Position numbers and translations under genes: made by a program
Notes under the pieces: generated by a model
Databases searched by the model: none
The model's input: the letters and a program-made list of their open reading frames with translations, nothing else
What the model was told of the DNA's origin: nothing
Shown here: positions 38,082-40,331 of the stretch, piece after piece
How positions within the stretch are numbered: the first letter of the stretch is position 1
Layout: the number at the start of each line of letters is the position of its first letter
Assembly: GCA_008632985.1 (NCBI GenBank)
Contig: QPGO01000087.1
Location: 310,001-350,331, forward strand
DNA: 40,331 nt
Source: Psammoneis japonica
Lineage: Eukaryota
Reading direction: 5' to 3'

Positions 38082-38435
38082 ACTGTGCTCAAAGAATGAG
38101 TGCAAACGAAAGTAGAACATTGTGCAAAAAGTGGAAATTATGAGATTAAATTTTGCTCTGTGATTTTTGGTTTCTCCGAATGAGCTCTCAATGGCCCAAA
38201 GCTTCTGCACTGCTTCTGCAGACAAAGGGCCTTTCAGAGAACACAATCGTGACAACAGATGGTCCGAGTGCGATTGGCATTGACACATGAGATGTCAACA
38301 TTGTCTGTTGATTGTATTGCAATTTTCGACTTCCGATCAACTCTGTGTGATCGTTCTGTCCTTCGCACGCATCCACGACTGTGGCACGATTGACACGCAA
38401 ACAATGCAAGATCACATGTGTGTGTGACAGTCGCA
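38082..38435 (-). repeat. short 5' LTR-like repeat (~355 bp) lacking 1.38 kb that is present in the 3' copy
   Basis: The junction ACTCTGT|GTGATCG at ~38346 joins sequences that are 1.38 kb apart in the other copy. Confidence 0.7.
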
Positions 38436-38609
38436 GTGCCGCACCCAGAGCACTGACAAAACAGCTCTTGCAAAACTTTTCTGCCTGTTTCCCTCCCCCC
38501 CACAGAGTGGTTCTTGGCAACAGTGCCACCCACATGCCAAGCTGCAGTCAAGACTGTTTGCTGAGCCACCAGCTGAGATGTCAAAATTGAGGTTGTGAGC
38601 TCCCACAGC

Positions 38610-38975
38610 NNNNNNNNNNNNNNNNNNNNNNNNNNNNNNNNNNNNNNNNNNNNNNNNNNNNNNNNNNNNNNNNNNNNNNNNNNNNNNNNNNNNNNNNNNN
38701 NNNNNNNNNNNNNNNNNNNNNNNNNNNNNNNNNNNNNNNNNNNNNNNNNNNNNNNNNNNNNNNNNNNNNNNNNNNNNNNNNNNNNNNNNNNNNNNNNNNN
38801 NNNNNNNNNNNNNNNNNNNNNNNNNNNNNNNNNNNNNNNNNNNNNNNNNNNNNNNNNNNNNNNNNNNNNNNNNNNNNNNNNNNNNNNNNNNNNNNNNNNN
38901 NNNNNNNNNNNNNNNNNNNNNNNNNNNNNNNNNNNNNNNNNNNNNNNNNNNNNNNNNNNNNNNNNNNNNNNNNNN
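38610..38975. other. assembly gap (366 N)
   Basis: Run of n. Confidence 1.
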
Positions 38976-39059
38976 CAAGCACATCAAGCACAAGAATTCC
39001 TCTGTGAGATGTGCCTGCAACAAAACACTCCACACAGCGATGCTGCACATGGGGTCTAA

Positions 39060-39410
39060 AGCAAGAGACATGTTGGCACATGACAAGCATTTGTGCAATG
39101 TCACCTTTGGAGCATGCTTCTCACTGGAACTGGAGTGGAGGACAGCTCTCTGTGACCAGGCCATGTCCATCAGACACTCCATCACAAAAGCATCTTCTCT
39201 TGCTCTGGCCACTTGGCTTCCATCAAAAGAAAGTTCCCACAGTCCAGGCCACCTGCCATTGACAAAATGGCTCCCCCAAAACTTTTCTGCCTGTTCCCCT
39301 CTTCCCCAACAGAGCCACTCTTAGCAACAGTGCTGCCCACACACCAAGCTGCAATCAAGATGGTCTGCCAAGATGCCAGCTGAGACACCAAACTCAAGGT
39401 TGCAGGCTCC
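39060..39410. repeat. uninterrupted paralog of the gypsy target sequence (33890-34077 joined to 38436-38609)
   Basis: Shared TGTTGGCACAT, CCTTTGGAGC, GGACAGCTCTCTGTG and CACTTGGC.TCCATCAAAA, then CAAAACTTTTCTGCCTGTT and CCAAGCTGCA.TCAAGA. Confidence 0.7.
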
Positions 39411-40331
39411 AGAACCACAAGACACACAAGGCAGCATGCTTCTGGTGCTGGTGGCAATGCTGAGCTCTTCTTGCACAGCTTCCCAGGAGCACATGCACCC
39501 AGACCTCCAGAACACCAGCACAAGAGCCACAAGAATTGCCCTCCTCCTTTTGCAGCCATGACAGCACTTTGCCCCACACCACCTGCAAGAAGGAGTGCAG
39601 GCAGCCTCACTCCTGGGCTGCCTGGCCCCACCACATGCCACAGCTCTTTGCACAGTTGAGTGAGAGACACCAGCACTGTGAAAACCCTGAGCCAAGGCTG
39701 GAGCTGGCAGGAGCTCATGTCATTGTTGTGCCCCCCCCACCACCACCACACACACACCATGGCTGAAAATGGCACACAAGCCTCCTCAAGCTTGTTTGTC
39801 ATTTGTCAGTGCCACAGGACAATTTGAGCTTGTTGTTGATGCAAACAAGGTCTGAGCAAGGTCAGGCCCAAGAATTGTTGAGCATGCTGAGCACACAACC
39901 TGAGATGTGCCAGCAACAAGACTCCATGCACAGCACTGCAGCCAGCACCAAGAGCTTGCTCATGACCAAAACACACCAGGGTCTGAAGCAAGCCAAACTT
40001 GTGCCTTTTTTTCTCCCTGGCCCTTCCCAAATGCAGCCTTTGAGTGAATGGTCACCCTGGCTGAAGTTGCAACATGCACCCACCTTTTGCGCCTGCAGCA
40101 ACCACCCCAGACCACAAAGAAGAAGCCAACAAATCTTTGGCCCTGCTTGCACGGTCAATTTTTGTGTGCATCAAGTGGTTGAATCCCCTCCTTTTTCCCT
40201 TTTCCTTTTAAGAATCAGTCACAAGCATGAAAAAATTGCAAAGATGATGCATGACATTGAACGTGTCAAGATCGGCGCAGAGAGTTTAGAGTTTGTGGGT
40301 GGGTGTGCTTTTGCAGGTGGCTCAAAATTGC

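Larger units (their letters stand above)
34082..38435 (-). mobile_element. internally deleted Ty3/gypsy LTR retrotransposon (GyDi-like)
   Basis: gag, PR and RT remnants in gypsy order between two direct repeats. Candidate 4-bp TSD GTGC (34078-34081 / 38436-38439). The two flanks rejoin into a sequence matching the uninterrupted paralog at ~39060-39410. Confidence 0.78.

Noticed and set aside
38081..38438. CACTA/CACTG-type MITE (CACTGTG...CGCAGTG)
   Set aside because: There is no matching TSD, the 34-35 kb copy lacks the right end, and the position flanking gag-PR-RT fits LTRs better.
38412..39212. ORFs spanning the N run
   Set aside because: Artefacts of the assembly gap.
1..40331. Classical fungal RIP
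   Set aside because: RIP consumes CpA/TpG and enriches TpA. The opposite is seen here.

Overview
Eukaryotic, gene-free repeat-rich DNA. The element motifs resemble diatom/stramenopile families (CoDi copia, GyDi gypsy, Ambal-like LINE); the taxon is an inference. In order: (1) 1-6344, the 3' part of a young Ty1/copia element (gag-PR-IN-RT-RH, PPT, ~150-bp 3' LTR) disabled by one TGA, a +1 frameshift and an internal ~0.72-kb inversion; (2) ~7370-16691, a 9.3-kb heptamer satellite (CCATC[CA/CG/TG], GCATCCA) with higher-order blocks; (3) non-LTR retrotransposon remnants (APE endonuclease, RNase H); (4) a small copia-type family, including a complete 3.4-kb RT-less copy (24510-27934) with LTRs, half-tRNA-type PBS, PPT and a GGCAC TSD; (5) tandem and inverted duplications; (6) a deleted Ty3/gypsy element (~34082-38435) with very unequal LTR-like repeats, one carrying a degenerate ~200-codon ORF; (7) an N gap. 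The most striking signal is window-wide, strand-symmetric loss of TpA (TA->TG / TA->CA). It converts Tyr to Cys/His in otherwise intact retroelement proteins, appears to run ahead of CpG decay, and tends to spare YTAR contexts. This looks like a repeat-directed A:T->G:C hypermutation process, opposite in direction to fungal RIP. No intact host gene, RNA gene or CRISPR array was found. Counts and alignments were done by eye.
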